The notes under the pieces were generated by a model. It had not been told where the DNA came from, made no database searches, and saw nothing but the letters and a program-made list of their open reading frames with translations. Shown here piece by piece: positions 1-8,765 of a stretch of DNA of 64,000 nucleotides. The position numbers and the translations under genes are program-made. Where the stretch lies: positions 63,115 through 127,114 of the forward strand of contig CAZWXF010000001.1 in the NCBI GenBank assembly GCA_964638055.1. Reading direction: 5' to 3'. Origin of the DNA: an uncultured Bifidobacteriaceae bacterium. Lineage in GTDB: Bacteria > Actinomycetota > Actinomycetes > S36-B12 > CAIYMF01. The stretch's first letter is position 1. Every line of letters starts with the position of its first letter.

Positions 1-1219
1 TGCCGACCACGTCAGGGACCTTCACCCGGAGGAACGGGCCGAAGACGAGCACCAACAGTGCCACGGCGCTGAGCACGGCGATGGCTGCCAGCCACTTGGC
101 GGCCCTTCGGCCACGGCGACGGCGCCGCCGTCCGCCGTCGTCCGGCGAGGTCTGGTGGCTGATCTCGGTGATCTGCTCGTCAGGACCGGGCGCCATGCCG
201 GCGAACGACGCAGCGGGCTGCTGGGGCGCGTCCGGTGAGCCCGCCCCGGAATGGGTGAGCGCCACGGCACCCAGCGCGGCCCCGGCCATCGCGTCCACGG
301 GATCGTGCGTCGCCACCACCAGGGTGTCGGTGGGTGTCGGGGCCCAGGGGCCGGGCGGTGGCAGGGTCGAGCGGACCTGGCGCGTCGCGGCAAGGAAGGC
401 GACGGCATCGGGGAATCGCTCGGCCGGGTCACGGCGGGTGGCGCGATGGACGAGCTCGTCCACGTCCTCGGGTATCCCCGACCGGATCGACGAGGGCGCG
501 GGAACCTGCTCGTGCACGTGCTTGTAGGCGACCTGCATGGGACCGGCGGCCGAGTAGGGGACCTGTCCGGTCACGAGCTCATAGAGGAGGATGCCGGCGC
601 CGTAGACGTCCGAGCGGGCATCGGTGGGGCCCTCCTCCACCTGCTCGGGCGACAGGTAGGCGACGGTCCCCAGCAGGATGCCGCTGGTCGCCGACTCGGT
701 GCTGGCTATGGCCCGGGCCAGTCCGAAGTCAGTCACCTTCACCCGGCCGTCCTCGGATATCAGGACGTTCTCGGGCTTGATGTCTCGGTGGATGTAGCCC
801 GCGCGGTGCGCCGCGGCGAGGGCCTCCAGGACGGGGTCGAGCACGGCCAGGGCCTGGGAGGGCGGTAGCGGACCATGGGTCCGCAGCACGTCGCGGACCG
901 TATGGCCGGGCACGTACTCCATCACGAGGTAGGTGACACCGAGGTCCGTGCCCTGGTCGTGCACGTGCACGACGTGGGGGCTGGTCAGGCGCGCGGCGGC
1001 CCGTGCCTCACGACCGAAGCGCTCGACGAAGGCAGGATCAGCGGCGAAGGACGCATGCATGACCTTGATCGCGACGGTGCGCTCCAGCCGGGTGTCGACC
1101 CCGCGGTAGACCATGGCCATGCCCCCGCGGGCGACCATCCCCTCGACCCGGTACCGGCCGTTGAGCACTCGCCCCAGGAGGGGATCCGGCTCGCTCGTGG
1201 CCGGGGGGGTCGAGGTCAC
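1..1219 (-). CDS. Hanks-type Ser/Thr protein kinase. The C-terminal part runs off the left edge of the window.
   Basis: I translated the minus strand by hand from the GTG at 1219. It reads VTSTPPATSEPDPLLGRVLNGRYRVEGMVARGGMAMVYRG...TVAIKVM, then HRDIKPENVL, DFGLA and GTVAYLSPEQ. A TM segment AAIAVLSAVALLVLVF is followed by VKVPDVVG, which looks like the start of a PASTA domain. The gene is missing from the ORF track because it has no stop inside the window. Confidence 0.85.
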   Translation of the reverse strand, partial: MTSTPPATSEPDPLLGRVLNGRYRVEGMVARGGMAMVYRGVDTRLERTVAIKVMHASFAADPAFVERFGREARAAARLTSPHVVHVHDQGTDLGVTYLVMEYVPGHTVRDVLRTHGPLPPSQALAVLDPVLEALAAAHRAGYIHRDIKPENVLISEDGRVKVTDFGLARAIASTESATSGILLGTVAYLSPEQVEEGPTDARSDVYGAGILLYELVTGQVPYSAAGPMQVAYKHVHEQVPAPSSIRSGIPEDVDELVHRATRRDPAERFPDAVAFLAATRQVRSTLPPPGPWAPTPTDTLVVATHDPVDAMAGAALGAVALTHSGAGSPDAPQQPAASFAGMAPGPDEQITEISHQTSPDDGGRRRRRRGRRAAKWLAAIAVLSAVALLVLVFGPFLRVKVPDVVG

Positions 1220-1447
1220 GGCAGCCAGTCTAGGAGCCGGCGCCACTGGAGCCATTCAGTGTCGCGCGTCGGAAATGCGTTCGTGCCTCCGCAACGGGGC
1301 CACTCACACCGCCGCCGTTCTCGTCGCTCGCCTCCCCAGGGCCAGTGGGGGCCACCAGCCCGACCCGCTCCTCCGCCTTGCGGTGCACTCACCCACGCCG
1401 CGGAAGCATCGAACAACGTCCCGACGCCGACACTAGGCTTGTGGCGC

Positions 1448-2728
1448 GTGGCGGACGTGCTCGTGGTCGGCGGGGGACTGGCGGGCGTGCGCAGCTGCGA
1501 GCAGCTGCGGGCCGTGGGCTTCGAGGGCCGCATCACCCTGATGGGTTCCGAGGATGTGGCGCCGTACGACCGCCCGCCGCTGTCGAAGCAGCCCGGAGCC
1601 GATGTGGACCTGCGCTCGGCGATGGGCCTGGACGTCTTCGCGCTGGCCGACGAGGTCCGCCTGGGAACGCCGGCCAGATCGCTGGTCGCCCTGCGGGACG
1701 GGCGCTGGGCGGTCGAGTCCGACGAGGGCCTGATACCCGGCGACGCCGTGATCGTCGCGACCGGCGCCGAGCCCGTGATGCCGCGCCAGTGGCGCGAGGC
1801 GGGCGTCCGGACGATGCGGACCAGGGCGGACTCCCACCACTTCTGGGACCCGGTCGACCCCGCGTCCCGGCTCCTGATCATCGGGGGTGGCTGGATCGGC
1901 TGCGAGCTGGCAGCCACTGCTGCCGCGCGCGCCGGCTCGGTCCATCTGGTCGAGGCGGGCCCGCACGTGCTGGCAGAGCTGCCACATCCGGCAGCCCGGT
2001 GGGTCGAGGACCTCCTGACCGGCATGGGAGTCAGCCTCCACCTCGGAGGCGTGGTGGAGGACGTGCGCCAGGACGGTGTGGACGTCGTGGCAGCCCTGGG
2101 GCGGGGCGACGATGCCATCGTGCTGCGGGGCGACATCGCCGTCGCCGGACTGGGTGTGCGACCCAGCACCGGCTGGCTGGCCGGATCGGGCGTGCGACTC
2201 ACCCCTGGCGGGGCGGTGGCGACCGATCCCTGGGGCCGGGCCAGCCAGCCGGGCGTGTTCGCCGTCGGCGACGCCGCCTCACGGTACTCGGAGGTGCTTG
2301 GCCGGCGGCTGAGCTCCGGGCACTGGACCGAGGCGATGAAGGCCCCGGTCGTGGTGGCGGCGGCGGTCCGGGAATGGCTGGCTGCCGACCTCTCGTGGTG
2401 GGGCAGGACGCCTGCGGCGAAGGGCTGGGAAGGCATCGCCTACGTGTTCAGCGACCTCGGCGACGCCCGACTGCTGGTCCTCGGCGACGCCGCCGGCCGC
2501 CACCCTCCCGACGGGCAGGAGGTGACCCATGTCTGGCGGGAGGACCGCGGATGGACCTGTTTCACCCTGAGCGGTGGGCGGCTCCTGGGCTTGGCCTCGA
2601 CGCGGCCCCGTGACATCGTGGTGGCCCGCAGGGCCATGTCCTCGGACCCGCGGGGTGCTCCGCTCGTGAACCCCGAGGCGCTCGCGGACGCCTCGGCGGC
2701 GCCTGCGGCGATGTTCCTGAGACCCTGA
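1448..2728 (+). CDS. FAD/NAD(P)-dependent pyridine nucleotide-disulfide oxidoreductase (ferredoxin-reductase-like)
   Basis: This is the C-terminal part of ORF 875..2728. It has two Rossmann motifs, VLVVGGGLAG and LLIIGGGWIGCELA, plus FAVGD. The ORF upstream of about 1440 is R/G/H-rich junk. I placed the start at GTG 1448; TTG 1439 is also possible. Confidence 0.8.
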   Translation: MADVLVVGGGLAGVRSCEQLRAVGFEGRITLMGSEDVAPYDRPPLSKQPGADVDLRSAMGLDVFALADEVRLGTPARSLVALRDGRWAVESDEGLIPGDAVIVATGAEPVMPRQWREAGVRTMRTRADSHHFWDPVDPASRLLIIGGGWIGCELAATAAARAGSVHLVEAGPHVLAELPHPAARWVEDLLTGMGVSLHLGGVVEDVRQDGVDVVAALGRGDDAIVLRGDIAVAGLGVRPSTGWLAGSGVRLTPGGAVATDPWGRASQPGVFAVGDAASRYSEVLGRRLSSGHWTEAMKAPVVVAAAVREWLAADLSWWGRTPAAKGWEGIAYVFSDLGDARLLVLGDAAGRHPPDGQEVTHVWREDRGWTCFTLSGGRLLGLASTRPRDIVVARRAMSSDPRGAPLVNPEALADASAAPAAMFLRP

Positions 2729-2751
2729 CGCATGAGCACGGCCCCCCCGCC

Positions 2752-3252
2752 GTGTGCGATGCTGCCGCAGTGAGTGATCCCGGGCCCGCGTTGAACAACC
2801 GGATCGCCCTGTGGCGCGAGGCGCCCGAGGCGGACGCCGCCGCGGAGCTGGCAGCGCTGCTCGACTGGGCCTCGGTGCTCATCGACGTTCCCGAGGGTGG
2901 GGGCCGCAAGGAGTTCTTCGAGGCCTGTGCGCAGGCCTTCGGCTTCCCCGACTACTTCGATCACAGCTGGGATGCCTTCGAGGAGTGCCTGGAGTCGCAG
3001 GAGTTCGAGGAGGTCGAGGACCTCGACGACGCCGACGGGCTCCTGGTCCTGTGGTCGGGCTGGGGGCATCTCGCCGAGAACGAGCCCGAGGAGTTCGCAA
3101 TCGCCCTGGACGTCTTCCGGAACATCCTGCGGTCGTGGGAGGGCACCGACCTGGCCGCTCGCGTGGTCCTCGTGGGCGACGGCCCGGAGCTGACCCACCA
3201 GCACCACGAGCTCATCCTCGAGGACGACTATCTGGACGCCGCCGACTTCTGA
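2752..3252 (+). CDS. Barstar-family (barnase/RNase inhibitor-like) protein
   Basis: The segment KEFFEACAQAFGFPDYFDHSWDAFEECL matches the typical barstar core (FGFPDYFG.N.DAL.DCL). The protein is acidic. The start is uncertain between GTG 2752 and GTG 2770. Confidence 0.7.
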   Translation: MCDAAAVSDPGPALNNRIALWREAPEADAAAELAALLDWASVLIDVPEGGGRKEFFEACAQAFGFPDYFDHSWDAFEECLESQEFEEVEDLDDADGLLVLWSGWGHLAENEPEEFAIALDVFRNILRSWEGTDLAARVVLVGDGPELTHQHHELILEDDYLDAADF

Positions 3253-4880
3253 GACGGCCGTCCGGGGGCCTGGACCACGAGGCTGGCCGCGCGCTGGCGC
3301 GCCGGCCCGTCCGCGGGCATCAGGGAGCGGTTGGTCGGGCCCAGGAGCAGGGTGAGGCCGTGCTGCGGCGGACGCAGCAGGACGACTGCCACCACCGTCG
3401 CGGCCAGGACGGCGGCGATGCCGTCGCGCACATCCACGACGGTGTCGGCGGTCGCGTTCGACTCGGCCATCCCGTGCACGATCAGCACGAGGGTCACCAG
3501 CAGCGCCAGCCGCAGTGCGCCGGCCCGCAGGCCCGTGGCCGCCAGCAGGGGCAGCGCCCAGAGCAGGTACCAGGGCTGCACGACCGGGCCCAGAGCCACC
3601 ACGGCGAGGAGGGCCAGGGCCGCCCCGCGCACGGCGCTGCGGCCGTGCGGGGCGAGCACCAGGTACAGGTAGATCACCGCGCCCACGAGCATGGCCAGGG
3701 CCCTGATCAACCCGACGGCGGTGTCGGTGCTCCCCAGTGAGATCCGCTCGAGCACCCAGCCCAGGATCATCCCGATGGCTGTCGACGGGGACAGCCACGT
3801 CCGTACGGAGCCCGGGGTGCTCAGCGAGGCGACCCACCCGAGCCCGACGCGGGCGACCACCGACAGCGCGACGAAGACGATCAGGACGAGCAGACCCGAC
3901 CTGGCCCAGGCTGCGATCCGCTGCCACCAACCCGCCCGGACCCCGGCCCAGACGAGGCCGGCGAAGGGCAGCACGATCAGGGCGATCGGCTTGACGGCTC
4001 CCGCCAGTCCGATCAGGACGATCCCTCGAACGGGAGAGCGATCGAGGCATCCGGCCAGGCCGGCCACGATCAGCCCGACCATCAGGGCGTCGTTGTGGGC
4101 CCCTGCGACGAAGTGCATGAGCACGAGCGGGTTGAGCACGGCCAGCCACAGTGCCGACGGCGCGTGGATGCCGTGGCGATGGGCGAGCTGGGGCACCTGG
4201 CGGACGAGCAGCATGACCCCGGTCAGGGCGACGAGCCGGAACAGGATGGCGCCGGCGTAGGCGTTCCGGCCGGCGACAGCGGCGACGCCCTGCTCGATGA
4301 GCAGGAAGGCCGGACCGTAGGGCGTGGGTGCCTCGGCCCACAGGGGGTCCGCGCCGCTCTGGAACCATCCCGGCAGTGCCGAGACCCCCTGCTGGTACGG
4401 GCTGATGCCGGCGAGCAGCAGCTGGCCCTGGGCGTAGTAGGAGTAGGCGTCCCGGCTGAACAGCGGGGGCATGAGGATCAGGGGCGCGATCCAGATCGCG
4501 AGGATCCGCGCCAGCCGGGTCACGTCGGCCTCGTGCCCGTCCAGGACCGCGATCCCCAGTCGTAGCCACGCCTGCAGGAGGACCGCGACGCCCAGGAACA
4601 CAGCGATGCGGGACAGGCCCGCGCCGGTCGTGGTCGCCCGCAGCCAGGTGACGATCGCAGCGTCCAGCAGCTGCGAGCTCGCCGGCAACCAGCCCACCCC
4701 GAGGGACCCCAGGAAGAGCAGCACGCTGCCCGCCATCCCCAGCAGGGCGTGGCTGCGGAAGCTCGGCGGTGGGGGCGGGGCCTCCGGCGCTGGCGGCAGG
4801 TCGAGCAGGTGCCGCTCGGGCGGGGGCATGGGGGGCAGGGTATCCGGGCCTGCGCGCGCATCCTGCCGCGCGAGCCCCAC
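3228..4880 (-). CDS. Polyprenol-phosphate-mannose-dependent alpha-(1->6)-mannosyltransferase-like GT-C membrane protein (MptA/MptB family)
   Basis: The protein has many TM segments. FSRDAYSYYAQGQ sits in the first loop and HNDAL is present. The gene lies between a kinase and a polyprenyl synthase, as Rv2174 does in M. tuberculosis. The true start is probably downstream of 4880 (for example MPPPER at 4829), because idsA starts only 17 nt away on the other strand. Confidence 0.7.
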   Translation of the reverse strand: MGLARQDARAGPDTLPPMPPPERHLLDLPPAPEAPPPPPSFRSHALLGMAGSVLLFLGSLGVGWLPASSQLLDAAIVTWLRATTTGAGLSRIAVFLGVAVLLQAWLRLGIAVLDGHEADVTRLARILAIWIAPLILMPPLFSRDAYSYYAQGQLLLAGISPYQQGVSALPGWFQSGADPLWAEAPTPYGPAFLLIEQGVAAVAGRNAYAGAILFRLVALTGVMLLVRQVPQLAHRHGIHAPSALWLAVLNPLVLMHFVAGAHNDALMVGLIVAGLAGCLDRSPVRGIVLIGLAGAVKPIALIVLPFAGLVWAGVRAGWWQRIAAWARSGLLVLIVFVALSVVARVGLGWVASLSTPGSVRTWLSPSTAIGMILGWVLERISLGSTDTAVGLIRALAMLVGAVIYLYLVLAPHGRSAVRGAALALLAVVALGPVVQPWYLLWALPLLAATGLRAGALRLALLVTLVLIVHGMAESNATADTVVDVRDGIAAVLAATVVAVVLLRPPQHGLTLLLGPTNRSLMPADGPARQRAASLVVQAPGRPSQKSAASR

Positions 4881-4897
4881 CCCCTACTCTTGCGCCC

Positions 4898-5968
4898 ATG
4901 GGCGACGGGTCTGCGCTGGCGCAGGAGCAGATGCTTGCCCGCGTCGACCACGTGCTCGGCGAGTTCCTCCAGGAGCAGGCCAAGCTGCTGGCCTCGATCT
5001 CCACCGAGCTGGAGCCCTTCGCGACGTGGTTGTCCGGGCTGCTGTCCGGGGGGAAGCGGCTGCGCCCGTCGTTCTGCATCTGGGGCTACGTCGCGGCGGG
5101 CGGGCACGACCTGCCGGCGGCGATGGGAGCGGCGGCCTCCCTGGAGCTGCTGCAGGCCGGTGCCCTGATCCACGACGATGTCATGGACGCCTCCGACGTC
5201 CGACGCGGGATGCCCGCGGCGCACCGCTCGTTCGCCGAGCATCACCGGGCGGCCGGGTGGACGGGGACCTCACAGCGATTCGGCGACGGCGTCGCGATCC
5301 TGCTCGGCGACATGGCCCTGTGCTGGGCCGACGAGCTGTTCGCCCGCTCCGGCTTCGACCCGGCGACGCTGGCCTCGGCGCGATGGGTCTTCGACATCAT
5401 GCGGACCGAGGTCATGGCCGGCCAGGTCCTCGACCTCGTGGAGCAGGCCAGGGGCGGGGGCTCCGCGCGACGAGCCCTGCACGTCGTGCGGTTCAAGTCG
5501 GCCAAGTACACGATCGAGCGCCCGCTGCATCTGGGCGCTGCGCTGGCCGGGGCCGATCGCCGGCTGCTGGCCGCCCTCTCCGACTACGGGCTTCCGCTGG
5601 GCGAGGCGTTCCAGCTGCGCGACGACATCCTGGGCGTCTTCGGCGACCCGGACACCACGGGCAAGCCGGCCGGCGACGACCTGCGTGAGGGCAAGCGCAC
5701 GCTGCTGCTGGCCGAGGCTGCCCAGCGTGCGGACCCGGAGCAGGCATCAGTCCTGGCTGCCGGCATCGGCGTGCGGGATCTCTCCGACGAACGGGTCGAG
5801 GAGCTTCGCTCCGTCATCATCGCCACGGGGGCCCGGGAGGAGGTCGAGTCGGTGATCACCGCTCGCACGCAGCAGGCGCTCACGGCGTTGGGCGCCATCG
5901 ACGTGCCCGACGACGCTCGGGATGCTCTGGCCGGCCTGGCACTGGCCGCTACGGAGCGTCGGCACTGA
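4898..5968 (+). CDS. idsA: Polyprenyl (geranylgeranyl) diphosphate synthase
   Basis: Both aspartate-rich motifs are present: LIHDDVMDASDVRRG and FQLRDDILGVFGD. I chose the ATG at 4898 (MGDGSALAQEQ). The longer track ORF from 4769 overlaps the divergent gene. Confidence 0.85.
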   Translation: MGDGSALAQEQMLARVDHVLGEFLQEQAKLLASISTELEPFATWLSGLLSGGKRLRPSFCIWGYVAAGGHDLPAAMGAAASLELLQAGALIHDDVMDASDVRRGMPAAHRSFAEHHRAAGWTGTSQRFGDGVAILLGDMALCWADELFARSGFDPATLASARWVFDIMRTEVMAGQVLDLVEQARGGGSARRALHVVRFKSAKYTIERPLHLGAALAGADRRLLAALSDYGLPLGEAFQLRDDILGVFGDPDTTGKPAGDDLREGKRTLLLAEAAQRADPEQASVLAAGIGVRDLSDERVEELRSVIIATGAREEVESVITARTQQALTALGAIDVPDDARDALAGLALAATERRH

Positions 5969-6840
5969 TGGGCCGGGACCTGCTCCGCGCGCTGGCCTCG
6001 GGTGAACCGCTGTTCAGCTTCGAGTTCTTCCCGCCCAGGACCGATGCCGGGGAGGTGCAGCTCTGGCAGGCGATCTCGGAGCTGGCACCGCTGCGGCCGA
6101 CGTTCGTCTCCGTCACCTACGGGGCCGGCGGGTCGACCCGTGACCGGACGGTGCGGATCACCAGCCGGATACAGGCCGAGACCGGGATGACTGCCGTCGC
6201 CCACCTGACCTGTGTGGGGGCCAGCGTCGAGGAGCTCCAGGCGGTGCTGGCTCGCTACCGGGAGGAGGAGATCGGCAACCTGCTGGTGATCCGCGGCGAT
6301 CCTCCGGGAGGGCCCGGGCAGCCGTGGACCTCCGTGCCGGGTGGCCTGGTCCACGCCGACGAGCTGGTCGCACTGGCCCGCCGGGATGCGGACTTCACCG
6401 TCGGGGTGGCCGCCTTCCCCGAGGGGCATCCCGAGTCGGTCGACCTCGACCAGGACGCCCGGATCCTGGCAGCCAAGCAGGAGGCCGGGGCGAGCTTCGC
6501 CGTCACCCAGTTCTTCTTCCAGGCGAAGGACTACTTCACGCTGGTCGAGCGGGCCCAGCGCCACGGCGTGACGATCCCGATCATCCCCGGGCTGATGCCG
6601 GTGACCAACGTGGGCCAGATCCAGCGGTTCGCCGTGCTCTCGGGAGCGGCGTTCCCGGCCGACCTGGCCGAGCGGTTCCAGAAGGTGGCCGCCGACCCCG
6701 CGGCTGTCGTCGATCTGGGCATCGACGTGGCCACGGCGCTCGGGCAGGAGCTCCTGGACGGGGGAGCGCCGGGGCTGCACTTCTACACCCTGAACCGCTC
6801 CACTGCCACGCGCAGGATCTACGGGCGGCTGTCGGGCTAG
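5968..6840 (+). CDS. metF: 5,10-methylenetetrahydrofolate reductase
   Basis: FSFEFFPPRT, VSVTYGAGGSTRDRT, AHLTC, LVIRGDPP and the fragment HFYTLN are present. The start ATG overlaps the idsA stop (TGATG). Confidence 0.9.
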   Translation: MGRDLLRALASGEPLFSFEFFPPRTDAGEVQLWQAISELAPLRPTFVSVTYGAGGSTRDRTVRITSRIQAETGMTAVAHLTCVGASVEELQAVLARYREEEIGNLLVIRGDPPGGPGQPWTSVPGGLVHADELVALARRDADFTVGVAAFPEGHPESVDLDQDARILAAKQEAGASFAVTQFFFQAKDYFTLVERAQRHGVTIPIIPGLMPVTNVGQIQRFAVLSGAAFPADLAERFQKVAADPAAVVDLGIDVATALGQELLDGGAPGLHFYTLNRSTATRRIYGRLSG

Positions 6841-6961
6841 CGCCGATGGCCACGGCCCGGCAGGATTCGGGGGTGAACCGCCCACCCGTCCGTGAGCAGC
6901 TGGGGAGCCGTGGCCCGGCTGCCGGTTCGGCTGCCCCGGCGTCGGCGGGACCCAGGGCCTG

Positions 6962-8707
6962 ATGGACGCCGCGCACGGTGCCGAGATCAGCCTGATCATC
7001 GCCGGTGTGATCCTCGCGGCGGTGATCGGCGTCCGCCTCGCCTCCCGCCTGGGACTGCCCGGTCTGCTGATCTACCTCCTCCTCGGCCTGGTCATCAGCG
7101 ACGACGGCCTGGGCCGGATCGAGTTCCAGGATGCCGAGCTGGCCACGGTCCTGGGCTATGCGGCACTCATCGTGATCCTGGCCGAGGGCGGCCTGACAAC
7201 CAGGCCGTCGAACATCCGTCCCGTCATCGTGCCCGGGATCATCCTGGGCACCCTGGGCGTGGCCCTGAGCATCCTGATCGTCGGCGTGCCCCTGGCCCTG
7301 CTCGCAGGCCTGGATGTCAAGACCGCGGTGCTCATTGGTGCGGTGCTCGCGCCCACCGACGCTGCCGCGGTGTTCACCGTCGCCCGGGGGATGCGACTGC
7401 CGGCACGCCTGCAGACCCTGCTCGAGGCCGAGTCTGGTCTCAACGACGCTCCGGTCGTCGTGCTCGTGGTCCTTCTGTCGACCTCGGCCAGCGCGGGGAT
7501 CCCGGCGTGGTCCGTGCCGATCGTCGTCCTGGTCGAGCTGGCCGGTGGCCTGCTCGTGGGCGTCGGGATCGGCCTCATGGCGCGATGGCTGCTGCCCCGG
7601 CTGGCCCTGCCGGCGGCGGGGCTGTACCCGATCGCCGTAGTGGCGCTGCTCCTGCTGGCGTACGGCACGGCGACTCTGCTGCACTGCTCGGGCTTCGCTG
7701 CGGTGTACGTGGTGGCCCTGATCCTGGCGGCGTCCCCGCTGCCGCACCGGCGGGCGGTGCTGGGGTTCATCGAGGGCCTGGCGTGGTCGGTGCAGATCGG
7801 CCTGTTCATCATGCTGGGCCTCCTGGCCGTGCCCCACCGGCTCGAGCACGTCATCGGCCTGGCACTGGGGACCGGCGTCCTGCTGCTGTTCCTGGCCCGT
7901 CCCCTGAGCGTCCTGGCGAGTCTGTGGCCGTTCGTCCGGCCGGGGTGGATCGCCCGGACGCTGCGGGTGGCGCCGATGCCCTGGCAGTGGGTCGCGTTCA
8001 CCGGATGGGGCGGCCTGCGTGGCGCGGTGCCGATCATCTTCGCGACGATCCCGCTGGGCGAGGGCGTGGCCGACGGCGAGCTGATCTTCGACGTGACGCT
8101 GCTGCTGGTGATCCTGCTGACGGTCGTCCAGGCGCCGACGATGCCGCCGCTGGCCAGGGCGCTGGGCCTCGTCGCGCCGGATCGGGCCGGGGAGCTGACG
8201 GTGGACGTGGCACCCCTGGACAGCCTGCGGGCCGCGTTGCTCGACCTGGACATCCAGGAGGGCTCGCAGCTTGCCGGGACGTACGTCTCCGAGCTGCCGC
8301 TGCCTCGAGGCGCGGTGGTGTCCCTGGTGATCCGGGGCCCGGAGACACTCGTGCCCGACCGCTTCACGCGGCTGCGCGTCGGGGACAGCCTGCTCGTGGT
8401 GGCGACCGACGAGGTCCGCGTGTCGACGGAGCGGGCTCTGCAGGCGGTCTCCCAGGGCGGCCGGTTGGCCGCGTGGTCCGATGAGGAATCGACGACCGGT
8501 TCGGTCGGGACGCCGAGCCGGGGCCGCGCCCGTGCCCGTTTCGGGGGCCGGGCCGGGCGGGGCAGGCCGTCGGGGCCGGACGAGGAACGAGGTGGATCAG
8601 GGGGTCGGGATCATGTCGGTGGTGGTTCGGGGCATGCGACCGGAAGTCCGGAGGGCCGCGGGTCGACGGGGCGGGGGCCGGCAGGAGGTGGTGGTCCCGT
8701 ACCGTGA
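6962..8707 (+). CDS. K+/H+ (monovalent cation:proton) antiporter, CPA1/NhaP2-like, with a C-terminal TrkA-C-like domain and a Gly/Arg-rich tail
   Basis: The N-terminal part has about 12 hydrophobic segments (GLPGLLIYLLLGLVI..., AESGLNDAPVVVL). It is followed by a soluble domain (LSELPLPRGAVVSLVIRG...LRVGDSLLVVA). The last 100 aa or so are low complexity. Confidence 0.8.
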   Translation: MDAAHGAEISLIIAGVILAAVIGVRLASRLGLPGLLIYLLLGLVISDDGLGRIEFQDAELATVLGYAALIVILAEGGLTTRPSNIRPVIVPGIILGTLGVALSILIVGVPLALLAGLDVKTAVLIGAVLAPTDAAAVFTVARGMRLPARLQTLLEAESGLNDAPVVVLVVLLSTSASAGIPAWSVPIVVLVELAGGLLVGVGIGLMARWLLPRLALPAAGLYPIAVVALLLLAYGTATLLHCSGFAAVYVVALILAASPLPHRRAVLGFIEGLAWSVQIGLFIMLGLLAVPHRLEHVIGLALGTGVLLLFLARPLSVLASLWPFVRPGWIARTLRVAPMPWQWVAFTGWGGLRGAVPIIFATIPLGEGVADGELIFDVTLLLVILLTVVQAPTMPPLARALGLVAPDRAGELTVDVAPLDSLRAALLDLDIQEGSQLAGTYVSELPLPRGAVVSLVIRGPETLVPDRFTRLRVGDSLLVVATDEVRVSTERALQAVSQGGRLAAWSDEESTTGSVGTPSRGRARARFGGRAGRGRPSGPDEERGGSGGRDHVGGGSGHATGSPEGRGSTGRGPAGGGGPVP

Positions 8708-8765
8708 GTCCGCCGGTGGGCAGGACTGCGTTGTGAGCTGGAAGCCGGATCGCGCATGAGGCGGG

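Noticed and set aside
2440-5079. An 879-aa minus-strand ORF overlapping the oxidoreductase, barstar, mannosyltransferase and idsA genes
   Set aside because: Its composition is extremely Arg/Pro/Gly/Ala-rich and it has no motifs. It overlaps ORFs with clear family signatures. This is the typical stop-free shadow frame of DNA with very high GC.
8481-8759. A 92-aa ORF and other short ORFs around the 3' end of the antiporter gene
   Set aside because: It overlaps the Gly/Arg-rich tail of the antiporter gene in another frame. It has no start context and is low-complexity.
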